From Amphiscolops sp. MND2022 (lineage: Eukaryota): a stretch of 64,000 nt of DNA. Below the pieces are notes generated by a model. That model made no database searches and had not been told where the DNA came from. It worked only from the letters and a program-made list of their open reading frames with translations. The translations under genes and the position numbers were made by a program. The stretch lies in NCBI GenBank assembly GCA_964187785.1, contig OZ076409.1, forward strand, positions 91,824,001 through 91,888,000, in the 5' to 3' direction. Numbering within the stretch: the stretch's first letter is position 1; each line of letters starts with the position of its first letter. Of the stretch, positions 51,571 to 63,590 are shown in pieces.

Positions 51571-52341
51571 ATTTTCGTCGGCGCTTTCGTAGAAAAAGAA
51601 AACTACAGTAGTGACTTTTAAAAATCTTTAAGACCGACGAACTGACATGTTTAATAATTTCTATAAGCTGTTCCTTCTACTGTAACACTAAACTTGAAAC
51701 TTCAGCTGCTACTTGGCATAGAGACTAACCGAGATTTTTTGAGGTCTGCGAAGCAGAACGTCGTGGGTTCGAGTCTCGCACTTGACCAATTTTTTAAATC
51801 TCTTTAAATCATTTTTTTCCGAAATTTTTTTAAATGTCCTCAGATGGTGCCCTCGTCAATTTTTTTTGATATTTTGCAACAGAGTGGATGTTGAAAAAGC
51901 TCAAAGAGTCCCCCTTTTACAGTTGGCATTTTGAGATTTTTGAAAATGATTTTTGTCTTGTTAGGTTTTCTCAGCACGCTATAGCCAATTTTTGTTTTTT
52001 TTAAGACCGTTGTTTGTTCCATGCGACTTTTTTCCAATTTTTTATTGAAACCCCCCTCTCGATTTTTCCTAGGAACGAAACGTTTGGCGAGCATAGAGGA
52101 CTCGTTAGGGTTTTCGACACTATGCGACTTACCGGAGACTTCATTTAAAAAATTTTTTCCTGAGTTTTTAGTTTTGAGAGGTTTTTTTGTCTACAGTTGG
52201 AGAAGTGGCGCGTATCCCTTGAGGTATTTTTGGCACTGAAAACTATTGAAGTTTAACAAAAGTGTTTGTTTTTGCATATGTAAAACACTTTACTTTTTTG
52301 AACCTTGAGCGGGGCGCCGACTTGAGCCTTTCCTTTTCGTT
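51571..52341 (+). mobile_element. HINE-like element with a related tRNA-derived cassette
   Basis: TTTTCGTCGGCGC ... GGCGCCGACTT; TGGCATAGAG (51714) and GGTTCGAGTCT (51766). Confidence 0.7.
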
Positions 52342-52992
52342 GTCATTTTAGGTGGAATTACAACACGCCTTTCATTCTTCATATTTAGTTAGCACGGTAC
52401 TAGTTTACACCGCTTTAGATTGCAAACATAAACAGTAAAAGGAGTTTTCATTTTTTTCTTTCTCAATCCAAAACATAATTGAACATAATCCTCAGAAGAT
52501 ATGTCGGACAAATCTTGGACAATACTGTATGCTATCTGAACAAAAGCATATGCAATTACTCAACAAATATGACACTTCGCTTTCATATCTAACCGCAGGT
52601 GAAGCTCTCGTTGTACGCGTAACGCACGCTATCCCAATGAAAGCGCTGCTACGAGATTTAAACTGACTAAAGACTTGTAGTGGTGACGAAATTGAACAAT
52701 AGAAGTCTGGAAAAAACGAAGTTAGGGCATGTATAACAAAGCTTAGACAGACGCAAAAACTTGTGTTCAATTGGTTTTGATCATTCATATTGTTAATGAC
52801 ACACCCATCTGATTTCTTGTAAATGAGTTGTAAATTTTTGCTCCAGTGCAATTTTCTTGGCTAAACATGGCTTGTTACCTTCAAGGTCAAATTTGTTTTA
52901 GTTCTACAAGTGTAATAGAGCGAGCTAAGATTATGGAAGCAAGTTTTGTTCCACGCTCATGTCTGATGTTCCTTACTTGTCTCATCAGCATC

Positions 52993-54387
52993 TTAGTCGG
53001 CGCCTAATATGAAACGCTACTTTTAGAGTGGCGTTTTGTCAGTTCTTTTCCACTCCGGTCGAAGCGATAAAAAAGGTCTACAACATCTACACAGAGGCGA
53101 AGCCGTGCTTCGCAAACACTTGCGAACTTTTGAAGAAAACCAAAAAGCAATATCATACGGAAAACCAAGGGTAAAAGGAGATTAAAATTTCATCAATTTT
53201 ACAGCGCCAAAAAATACCCGAAGTTATACGCGTAAGCCTCGAAAACCATTCTTCCCCAACTGAAAACAGCAAAAAACCCATTCTTTCTCAACGGAAAACC
53301 TTAAACAGAAAATAGAAAAAAATTCAAAATTTTTCGAAAACATTTTTGATGGTCTCCGGTAAGTCGCAAAGCCTTGAGGAGTCCTCTCGCAAAACGTTTC
53401 GTTTCTTGTAAAAATTGAGCAGGGGCTTCGGTGAAAACAAATTTTAAAAAAGTCGCATAGAAAAAAGATCGGTCTTTTAAATAAACGGTCTTTTAAAACT
53501 AAAAATTGAGAAAAAAATTTCCAAATTTTTTCGAATTTTTTTTGAAGTTTCCGCTAAGTCGCATAGTGCCGAAAAATGTGAAAAAAGGACCCTTTAGGAT
53601 TTTGTAACATTCGTTCTGTTGCAAGATATCAAAAAATTGAAAGGAGGGCGCTTTGGGGACATTAAAAAATTTTTGAAAAAAATAAGGGAGTCTAAAAATT
53701 TTTTGAAAAAAAATTAGAATTTTGAACAGTCTCAAAGTGCCGAAAATTCTGAAAAAAGGGACCCTTTGGGATTTTTTAACATTCGTTCTCTTGCAAAATA
53801 TCAAAAAAATTGAAAGGAGGACTCTTTGGGGACATTCAAAAAATTTCGAAAAAAGTCTCACAAAGCCGAAAAAAGTCTCACAAAGCCGAAAAAAGTCTCA
53901 CAAAGCCGAAAAGTCTCATAGTGCCGAAAAAAGTCAGAACCTTCTGCTTCGGAATACTTGTAAAAAAATTAGCGCATACCCACGGGTTCGAACACGAAAC
54001 CTCTGGGTTGAAAGGCAAGCATCTTACCACTAGACCACGAACGCGTGAAACGTGCGAGTTGCCGCGTGAAATCAGAGTTGTCGCGCGGAAAAAAAAAGCA
54101 CCCGCACTTTCCCATAACACTTGCTTATCGCAAGTGTAACAAGACGCCCTAGACCTACAGAGGGCCAAAAAGTTTCAAATGGTTTGCCTGTTAATTATTT
54201 GTCAATTAAGTGGAATTATAAAGCTGTATGTGGGTTTTTTTGGCACTTCGTAAAAAGGCCTCATTAAATTTTAGTCACCTTTCGGTTAGGAAATAATCTC
54301 GTGTTCAAAAGCGAAAAAAGCGACATGAAGTACTCATATCGTTATGAGCCTTGCACGGGCGCCGACTTATGCCATTCGCTGTCTTAA
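52993..54387 (+). mobile_element. Composite HINE-like element (ends in + orientation, internal repeat block and tRNA-like cassette in - orientation)
   Basis: TTAGTCGGCGC at 52993, GGCGCCGACTT at ~54359; family repeat units 53160-53935 including three ~20-bp AAAGTCTCACAAAGCCGA copies. Confidence 0.55.
53972..54044 (-). pseudogene. tRNA-derived sequence (tRNA-Glu-like, CT-TTC-A loop), not a canonical tRNA
   Basis: GCGTTCGTGGTCTAGTGGTAAGATGCTTGCCTTTCAACCCAGAGGTTTCGTGTTCGAACCCG..., followed by a T-run; anticodon and T stems pair poorly. Confidence 0.65.
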
Positions 54388-54986
54388 GATTTACTGTGGC
54401 TCTCCAAGCTGCTTGGTAGGGGTTGGTTGATGTTTTAAAAAATTCAGCTATTTCCGAGAACTCGGAGGAAAGAAGTTATATCTGAATTTTGCACCTCTGA
54501 AACTTGGAAAACACTAGGAGTGAAACAATAAATTCAAATTCATTTCGCTAGATATATTAATAATGATAGTAACAGTTGTAGCTTCTTTTTTGTCTAACTT
54601 TTTATATGTATTTCTATGAAAATAGCAGTTGAATGAGTAACCTCGGATGGCGGAGTCCAAAAGGGATGGGGAAGGGGGAGAAGGGGGAGAAGGGGGTGAA
54701 CACTGGCTTTGTTCACAACCAAATCTATTTTCGTTGTCTTTCTTAGTTTCATTTATTACATCATTAACCATTTGCTCAAATCATCCATCAAAATCAAATC
54801 AAATCAATCAATAAGTAAAAAAATATCGAGCACTCAATCACAAAACATCATGAAAATTGAATAGCGAAGTGAGAGTATAATCCCTGTGAAGAGATTGATC
54901 TTTCGAAGATTCGAGCCGCTGATTACTTGAACGCAGATAACACGATTTGGAGATGAGTTTTTTGATTTGAATGATTCTCACAAATA

Positions 54987-55166
54987 CAGTCGAACTCGGA
55001 TAAAAGAAACACGGATAAAAAACATTTGGATATAAGAAACGTTTTCACTCCTCCGCTTTTACGCAAGAAAAACTTTCTACGTTAATGGGACAACTGATAA
55101 AAGAAACTATGGCTAAAAGAAACTTTTCTTACCGCCCTACGAGTTTCTTTTATCCGAGTTTGACTG
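54987..55166. mobile_element. pogo/Tigger-like MITE
   Basis: TIR CAGTCGAACTCGGATAAAAGAAAC / GTTTCTTTTATCCGAGTTTGACTG with TA on both sides. Confidence 0.9.
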
Positions 55167-56637
55167 TAACTGAAATGAAATGCGGTTTTGGTCTCAATTT
55201 AAAGGGATCAACCCTTCACTGCTATTTCAATGGTGTAGACAAGTGAGTTGAAATTTGAGATACATGTACAAGAAAAGAATGGAGGACCCGTGGTTTGATG
55301 TGGCTCTGCTGTCTAGAGAAGCTAACAGGGAGGTTTGGGAGAGGAACCCGGCGAGTACAGGTAAAATGCTATAAAAATACAAAGCAATTGCAAAATTTCC
55401 AACAAATCACTACTTATATTGGTATTTCAACACCTTTTAAAAGAGCTAGCTTACAGACCCCATACTATACAAATTAATTTCCACTGCCGCCAAATCAAAT
55501 AGAACTACTTTTGGCCGATATTTTCCATAAAGGTCAACGTTTTTGTTCTACAAGTAAGAAAGCTCGCGTAAAACAACCACTTATATATACAATTGGGGCT
55601 GTAAGCCATATTAAATTAATGTCAAAAATGCTCAACTCTTTACTTTCCAGATTCGTTGTTAAGGCAGAATTCATTGCCAGCCAATCATTTGTCGGGAGGT
55701 TTGGACCCTAAAATCTGGGCTGAAATTTTCAAATCAGAAGTTCAATCGTATCCGAAAAGAAAGAAACGAAGATCAAGAGTAAGAATAGAAAGAGCAGAAA
55801 GCTAGAGTAAACAACGAGAGACATGAAGCTGTAATATTCAAAATATTGCGGCGCATGAACGACAAAATTTCGATCCAGTCGACGTTCTATCTCACATTCA
55901 CAACGCAATTTCTATTGCAGTTTCAGAGTAAGTACTTCTTAACAACTTTTTATTACCAACAAATTGAATAATTTTGGTGTGTATTTGAAACCAAAAAAAA
56001 CTAGATTTGAGGAAGATTTGAACCATTTTATATTAGCAGATTTTGATTTCCACTCGTTTCATTTATATCAATCCCACCTAGTAAACATGCTGCCATTGTG
56101 GAGTGAATTGATAGTGGGGTGACTGGACTAGGTACCATAACCAATTGGTTGGGACTGAAGTTCGTTGGACTAGTTTGAGAAGTATATTATTATTAAAGCG
56201 ACGATTCCAATCAATAGTAGTTTGTTTGATAGAAGAAGAGTTTGAAAGATGGTGAGGAGAAAAGAGTGAACGGGCGAAAACAGGGGGGTGGGGGGGCAAA
56301 AGAAGGAAGCCTGGAGGGTGTGCGTGGGATGTATACCAAAGGCGACGGAATGTGGGGTGGCTCCTCAGGGAATCAATCACACAGGGGTAGAGATGGGGCT
56401 GCTATTACATCATAACAAGCCAATTGTTACGTCACAGTTACGCAGACATGTCTTACAGATTCAGTTTAAGAGTTTCAGTTTTGGTTGGTGGTCGTCGTAA
56501 GAATGCCAGCTCTACTTTCGAATCAGCTACAACCCAATACTCTTTTTCGCCGATGTTTCTCCGAGAAGCAACTGCACTAGGCTTCAAAGTTGGTCGATTC
56601 CCCATTGTTGGATAGAAGAGAAAAAGTGTGGTGGTAA

Positions 56638-56853
56638 TTAGAGTCTTAATTCGTTGGCAATTTTAGACGCAATGTTTTTGAATCCTATTGAAGTGCCCGA
56701 TATTCTCTTGAAGCGAACACCATTCAAAGACAACCTTGGCAGTTTGCAAACCTCCATTTCCCATGTAATCTTACTCTCGTCCGAATCGCTTCCATCTGCA
56801 TTACACCCACCAGCATATGTGCAGTAGTACAGAAATCGTTCTCGACACTCAAC
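56638..56853 (-). CDS. MARK/par-1: MARK/PAR-1 kinase, last coding exon (KA1 domain C-half)
   Basis: Acceptor aattt[13 protein letters not shown]...[41 protein letters not shown], the canonical MARK C-terminus. Confidence 0.97.
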   Translation of the reverse strand, partial: VECRERFLYYCTYAGGCNADGSDSDESKITWEMEVCKLPRLSLNGVRFKRISGTSIGFKNIASKIANELRL

Positions 56854-57623
56854 CTAAATTTAAATTAATACTAGTAATACTAATCGATGCTGAAAAACCC
56901 TAAGGGGGCTCTCTATGTTAACAAAACGCTTCGTCTGCTAAAAATCAAAGGGGACCCTTTGGTTGAAAAAATCAGGAAAAAGTTGCATAGTGCCGAAAAA
57001 CCCCAAGTTATATTATCACAAAACGTACAAAGTCAGATCTTCTCCCTGCTAAAATTGCCATAAATTTTGGGGAACCGGATGTGTCGTTGTTGCTGCAATA
57101 CGCTTCAGTTCAAAAAACACACTTCTCGAATTTTCCAAAGAATCACAAAGCAAAAACTTTAACGAATACAAAATAATGACAAATGCTGCTCAGAGTGTGG
57201 CTCCACCAGAAGTCAAACTATTTCAAACTGTTTCCATTCTCAGTTCCGACTTCAAACAGGGAAAAATCTAGTTTTTCAAGTTTTTTCGTTAAAAACAACA
57301 GAAGCCAAAACTTTTTCGAGAAACTTTTGATCCAAAAACAATCGAGTTTGGTCTAATTTTTAGAAAGAACGCAAGCGCGTATCTATCATAGAAACTAAAC
57401 ACGAAAATGTTAAAAATACGGGACATGAAAAAATGATGAGAATCAGTTTGCAAAAGAGACTTCGCTCAGCTCGGCAAAGTCATTTCAGGCAGTTATTTGT
57501 GTCTGCTTTGATAACCTTCCCCCAACAAAACAAATTCCCCGCCTGTTCCTTCTTATCATTACCGTCTGATTACTCACGCCCTGATTACGGGCCATCTCCA
57601 TTATACCATGCTTTAATGCTAAC

Positions 57624-57789
57624 CTGGACGTTATGGGCCTGTAACACTTTGTATATTTCCTGCATCATCTGCGTTGGTTCCATGGCCGAAGTTGTTTTCA
57701 TGCTCCACGTGAATCTGAGCGATCTGGGTTTCATGCCCCCGTTGGGTCCAGTACCGGGACCTCCTCCACTCAACGAGGTTGTCTCGTCC
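57624..57789 (-). CDS. MARK/par-1: MARK/PAR-1 kinase, penultimate exon (KA1 N-half)
   Basis: Acceptor ttttgtAG, phase 2; ...[30 protein letters not shown]...; donor GTtagc; splices in frame to 56853. Confidence 0.95.
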
Positions 57790-58204
57790 CTACAAAACGG
57801 CCCATGCATTACTCCAGAGTGTAAACTACATACAGTAAGACACCAGTATGTATTCCATGGCATCGGAGTGAAATGCGAAATGAAATAGACGACAGTTCAG
57901 TATTCACCATTAAGATGGGGTATCATGACCAAGAAACGGCGATATTACACAGTCTAGTTAACCAATTCTAAAGACGGTTGGTTTATGTCATGAGAAATTC
58001 GCAGTCATTTTAATGAGCATGAACTAAAATTATAAATCAGTGCTTTAGCTAGAAACCAAAACTGGCTGCTGCATTCTACAGTAACTACTAAAGAATAATC
58101 GCTAAAAAAGTAATCCATCGATACGAGACCCGATGGAATCACTGACGACAAAGTAACTTTTATTAGTATCTTTTTGAAAACATTCCCAAAATATTCATAA
58201 TATC

Positions 58205-58505
58205 ACCAGAGCCGCTTGTGCGGTAAAGGAGTCGGATTCGGATTAAAATATTGGAAAACAAATTACCTACTTTATTGTCATTTGGTCACTTATGGGCTAA
58301 TTTTGGCTATGTTTCTCAGATCCAAGTCATGCGATTTTCATGCCATTGCGCACGTAAGAGCACCTTTGGGTGTAGAATGACTGCGCTACATTTTATAAAA
58401 ATCGTATGTACAGGTTTTGAGAAGTTCGAAATTTTCATTGACAGGTCGGGAGAAAAAAAGGTACGAATGCACAAGTAGTCGAAAATTTTTTCAGACTCCT
58501 AAAAA
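58205..58505 (-). mobile_element. Second HINE-like family (intronic)
   Basis: On minus: 5' TTTTTAGGAGTC, 3' GACTCCT followed by hairpin CCGC-ACAA-GCGG. Confidence 0.5.
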
Positions 58506-61500
58506 CACTAAAATAGTTTTTCTGTCTATATACGCCATGAAACATTCACATTCACTCAAGGGGGTAATGAAACGGCAAATGAAATTTACATCGATGAGCA
58601 TGCTGATTTCAGTTAAGTCAAATGCAAAACGGGAGTCCTGAATATCAGATGACCCCCAAAAGAGTGAACTGCATTGCAATGATTCGTTCGATTCGTTTAG
58701 AACAAAGAGGAAGGAAACCTAACGTGAAAGGGCAATTGTGCTTACCACATACGAACAAAATCGAAAGTCCACCCAACGGAATAATCCCTAGAGATACACA
58801 GTAACTGAGAACGAAAGCTTTTAAAGTTTAGAAACCACTACATAAGTTATCAAATCATGCTTGCAAATGTAATAGCTATTAAAAACTCGTGCAAGATCTC
58901 AACATGATGCCAAGAACTGGCAGATCTAGCAAGGTCTCGAACACAAAAGGTATAGCAGCATTCATCACAGACAAATTCTAAAACGCGCCAGAAAATTGAA
59001 TAATCGTTTTCGCCCAGGAATGAAATTCTTATGCAGGATTTCCACTAAATTTGCGACTTTTCCGTTTGCACAAAGTAATGATCGAGCCATAATTTCTTGT
59101 TTTCCTCTCGTTGAGTATACTTTCACAGCTAAGTATTAGAACAAGCTGGGAATGACATAATTCGGTGCCCACTCAAGGCAGAAAACTCAAGACATGCAAA
59201 AACCGAGTTTCAAGAAAAAGTGCTGAGCTGGAAATTTAGACAACACCGTGAAACTAGAGGAAATTTTCCGGTGAAATCGCCACACTGGCTCCGGACTTTG
59301 CGCCAAAACTTGGCACGCCTCGTGTCTCTGATTGCAATTCAGTAAGTTTCAAAACACACTAGCGCTGCTGCGACCCAACCTTGATACCAGTGGTTGGCCA
59401 CAAACGGAAACTCAAAAACCAAAGACCTGTCAATTTTTTTTCGATTTTTTGGTAAGAATGCTTTTGTTCAATGCTATGTAATATTGTCTAGAAATCGTAT
59501 TCAAGAGTTTTCTTTTCCATACGTTCAACTAGTTCGCAGAAAGTAACTGGTACGAATTCGTCCCAATCGTCCATTTAGGGATAACCCGACTGGCGCAAAG
59601 CTGTGAAATGTGCGTTCAGAAAATCGACCCCCTCGATCAAACAAATCAATACTTCAAACGTTTTTTGTTCAAAAGTTACACTTTTTAGGGAGTTATTAGT
59701 CCGAAGTGCTAGCGGTGTGCAAAGAACTTTTCAAGTCCAATTGTTCTAAAATAAAAACCTCTAATGCTTGAAATTTGTTGATAAGGTAAGTGCAGCTTGC
59801 TGTGCTGGATCCCCTTTAACGCCAGCTACTCTCTGATAGGTCTGCCTTGTATACTCAATATCTGGTGCTTAAAGAAACCATTAATAATAATAATAATAAT
59901 AATAAGATAAGAACTGATAACCGAATCGAAGCTCCCTTGAAAGATTTGTGAAAAGGCAGGCCTTGAGCTTAATATCAATATGCCTCCACTATACAGCATA
60001 GTGAACTATGAGCGTAGTTCAAAAAGTTCGCAAAGAACAAACTTTTAGAAGTACGGCGAAGACTTGGGGCAGGTTTTGAATGTAAATTAGTTACTTTTCA
60101 GAGCAAAGAGTGAAAGTTTGGGAATGTTGGCAATTTTACGGTGTCCAGACAGTTTCTAGTAGACAATTTGCTACTACGCATTTGGCACACTGTTTGTCAA
60201 AACTGCCGGTTAATTAGGTCGTGAACACGCTACAGAATGATGCAACGACGGATTTGCTAGTTTTTCGCGAACAGAATTAGTAAAGTTGACTAAGGGTCTC
60301 AATTAACGGCCATACACCTCATTGTTAGAATAGCAAACTACCTAAAAATAAAACCTTTGTAGCAAATTGCCTAGTAGCAAAGGTCCTACAAGCAAACGTC
60401 CTGTAACCCATTTTTACAATATTTCCAAGCTTCGAAAACTTCAAAAAACAATGGAGTAAATTGGAAATGTGAACTTGTCATACTCCTGTTGATAGCAAAA
60501 GTTGAGACCTATTGCACTGATCGCAAAATGATAGATTTTGAGAAACATTTCACAACAATATCAAGAACAACTGGGAACAGCCGATGTAGGGGCATCGTTC
60601 AAGGTTGAAAAACAGCGATGTATTTAGAACACGCTAGGGACAATTATTTAAAAAACAATTTCAGTTCCCACAAATAGCCAAAATGGTACCATTGAGACTC
60701 GAAAATGGTTTTTACCCTAACAGTGCTATGGAAAGTCTCACAATTAACAATCGTGCTTAAGATTCCACTCTTGGCTTTAGCCAATCAGATAATACTTGTC
60801 ATCAACTTCTAAGATTCAGACCTTTCCTAGTAAAAGATTGAATATCAGAACATTAAATACCATTATCTTGCAAGAGCGGGCAAACATTAGCAAGATTCCG
60901 ACAGGGTCAGACAAAATTGACAACATCTCTCAAGATCAGGCAAATATTACCAAGATATTACAGGTCACCTGGCAAATTAATGCATTAAAATGGAAGATAT
61001 TGCATGAAGAATCTGCTGAGTTTTTTGCAGAATTTGTCTGAAGTTTCAACTAGGGACTCTCAGAATGATGGAGAAAAAGAATAAAACTGTTTTGCTGGGA
61101 ATGTGGTTTCCATGAAACTCAAAATAATTGGTGTGTGATGCGCATCGTTTATAATTTGTACCCTAAAACCAAAATGATTTCAGTGCAGATGGAAAAAAAA
61201 CGTTTGATCAGCCGTTGAATGAAAATTCACTTAAACAATATTTTCAACTTAAAACTACCTCAAAAACAAAAATCACGAGGTGGCCTTGTTTCTTGTCTCT
61301 AACAAAAAGTGCTCTAAACAATGCAGATAAAAGCTTGCATCCAATATACATGCGGCTTATACTAGTCTATTAAACAAATGAGTATTGCTTATAGTGACAT
61401 AACATAGTAAAAGGACGTGCAGATATGAAGAAAGTCATTTTTGAAAACGTTTTGGAAATTTGAACAAAAAGGGGTGAAGAAATGGATTTTGTTCAAGATG

Positions 61501-61537
61501 GGGTAACATTATGGGGTGGTAATACTGAATACGTTAC

Positions 61538-61687
61538 CTTGCACCCATTAAACCTCCTCCACCTCCGCTTACGTCATCAGGCATGCCTAGTGAAATTTGA
61601 TCAGGCGCGTGGCGAGACTTCTCTCCTCCTCCGCCCCCGCCCCCCGAAGAAAACTTGAAGCGGGAAGACAGGCGAGAAGTCGAAGTG
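61538..61687 (-). CDS. MARK/par-1: MARK/PAR-1 spacer-region exon, copy 1 (TSTSRLSSRFKFSSGGGGGGGEKSRHAPDQISLGMPDDVSGGGGGLMGA)
   Basis: Acceptor gcacgcAG, donor AG/GTaacg; 150 nt, phase 2-2; AG+G rebuilds Arg before DETTS of the next exon; RLSSRF resembles the basic pre-KA1 motif. Confidence 0.8.
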
Positions 61688-61766
61688 CTGCGTGCGAATA
61701 AAAGTCATTTTAGCTAGTCAAATTTTCCTATTTTTTCCTTCCAATACTGAAAACCATAGTTATTTT

Positions 61767-62093
61767 CAGGGTTTTGACATCGCTAATTTTTTTCCCGAAT
61801 CGCTAAACCGCTAATTTCAAATTCGTTGAAAAGTTTTCCAAAATATTGGATGTTTGTCTTGGAGTATATTTTGAAATTAAATGATAACTTTAGTTTTGCA
61901 AAAAAAAAGAATTTTTTCATAATTAGTGGGTTTTACAAGGGTAAGAGTTGAAATTTTCGAAATTTATTTTGAAACTCCATGTAAGATTCCAAGTAAATTT
62001 TCAGTTTGGACATTGTAATAGTTGCCGCTAATTGAATAGCTGAAAAATTCCGGCGTGGCCGCTAATTCGCTAACTAGCGATGTCAATACTCTG
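61767..62093. mobile_element. hAT-like MITE (second copy 63670-63997)
   Basis: TIR CAGGGTTTTGACATCGCTA / TAGCGATGTCAATACTCTG; CGCTAA subterminal repeats; TSD only partly conserved. Confidence 0.7.
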
Positions 62094-63440
62094 GCAATCT
62101 TGCAGGACATCAATTGAATGGAATCAAGTGTTTTAAAGCCATTTGCTTACATCTCATGACGTTGTAGAAACGCAGAGGAAAGCCAGAAGTTTATTCTCAA
62201 CTATGTCAAGGTTAGAACACCTCATTGTTAGAATAGCAAACTACCTAAAAATAAAACCTTTGTAGCAAATTGCCTAGTAGCAAAGGTCCTACAAGCAAAC
62301 GTCCTGTAACCCATTTTTACAATATTTCCAAGCTTCGAAAACTTCAAAAAACAATGGAGTAAATTGGAAATGTGAACTTGTCATACTCCTGTTGATAGCA
62401 AAAGTTGAGACCTATTGCACTGATCGCAAAATGATAGATTTTGAGAAACATTTCACAACAATATCAAGAACAACTGGGAACAGCCGATGTAGGGGCATCG
62501 TTCAAGGTTGAAAAACAGCGATGTATTTAGAACACGCTAGGGACAATTATTTAAAAAACAATTTCAGTTCCCACAAATAGCCAAAATGGTACCATTGAGA
62601 CTCGAAAATGGTTTTTACCCTAACAGTGCTATGGAAAGTCTCACAATTAACAATCGTGCTTAAGATTCCACTCTTGGCTTTAGCCAATCAGATAATACTT
62701 GTCATCAACTTCTAAGATTCAGACCTTTCCTAGTAAAAGATTGAATATCAGAACATTAAATACCATTATCTTGCAAGAGCGGGCAAACATTAGCAAGATT
62801 CCGACAGGGTCAGACAAAATTGACAACATCTCTCAAGATCAGGCAAATATTACCAAGATATTACAGGTCACCTGGCAAATTAATGCATTAAAATGGAAGA
62901 TATTGCATGAAGAATCTGCTGAGTTTTTTGCAGAATTTGTCTGAAGTTTCAACTAGGGACTCTCAGAATGATGGAGAAAAAGAATAAAACTGTTTTGCTG
63001 GGAATGTGGTTTCCATGAAACTCAAAATAATTGGTGTGTGATGCGCATCGTTTATAATTTGTACCCTAAAACCAAAATGATTTCAGTGCAGATGGAAAAA
63101 AAACGTTTGATCAGCCGTTGAATGAAAATTCACTTAAACAATATTTTCAACTTAAAACTACCTCAAAAACAAAAATCACGAGGTGGCCTTGTTTCTTGTC
63201 TCTAACAAAAAGTGCTCTAAACAATGCAGATAAAAGCTTGCATCCAATATACATGCGGCTTATACTAGTCTATTAAACAAATGAGTATTGCTTATAGTGA
63301 CATAACATAGTAAAAGGACGTGCAGATATGAAGAAAGTCATTTTTGAAAACGTTTTGGAAATTTGAACAAAAAGGGGTGAAGAAATGGATTTTGTTCAAG
63401 ATGGGGTAACATTATGGGGTGGTAATACTGAATACGTTAC

Positions 63441-63590
63441 CTTGCACCCATTAAACCTCCTCCACCTCCGCTTACGTCATCAGGCATGCCTAGTGAAATT
63501 TGATCAGGCGCGTGGCGAGACTTCTCTCCTCCTCCGCCCCCGCCCCCCGAAGAAAACTTGAAGCGGGAAGACAGGCGAGAAGTCGAAGTG
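63441..63590 (-). CDS. MARK/par-1: MARK/PAR-1 spacer-region exon, copy 2
   Basis: Identical to 61538-61687 including both splice sites. Confidence 0.75.

Noticed and set aside
54514..54771. Pro/Ser-repeat ORF
   Set aside because: Driven by a short GGGGGAGAA repeat; no family or splice support.
56078..56615. Short ORFs downstream of the MARK stop
   Set aside because: Most simply the 3' UTR (AATAAA on minus near 55950); no coding signature.
59881..59906. (AAT)n tract as a LINE tail
   Set aside because: No recognisable upstream retroelement coding sequence or TSD; treated as a microsatellite.
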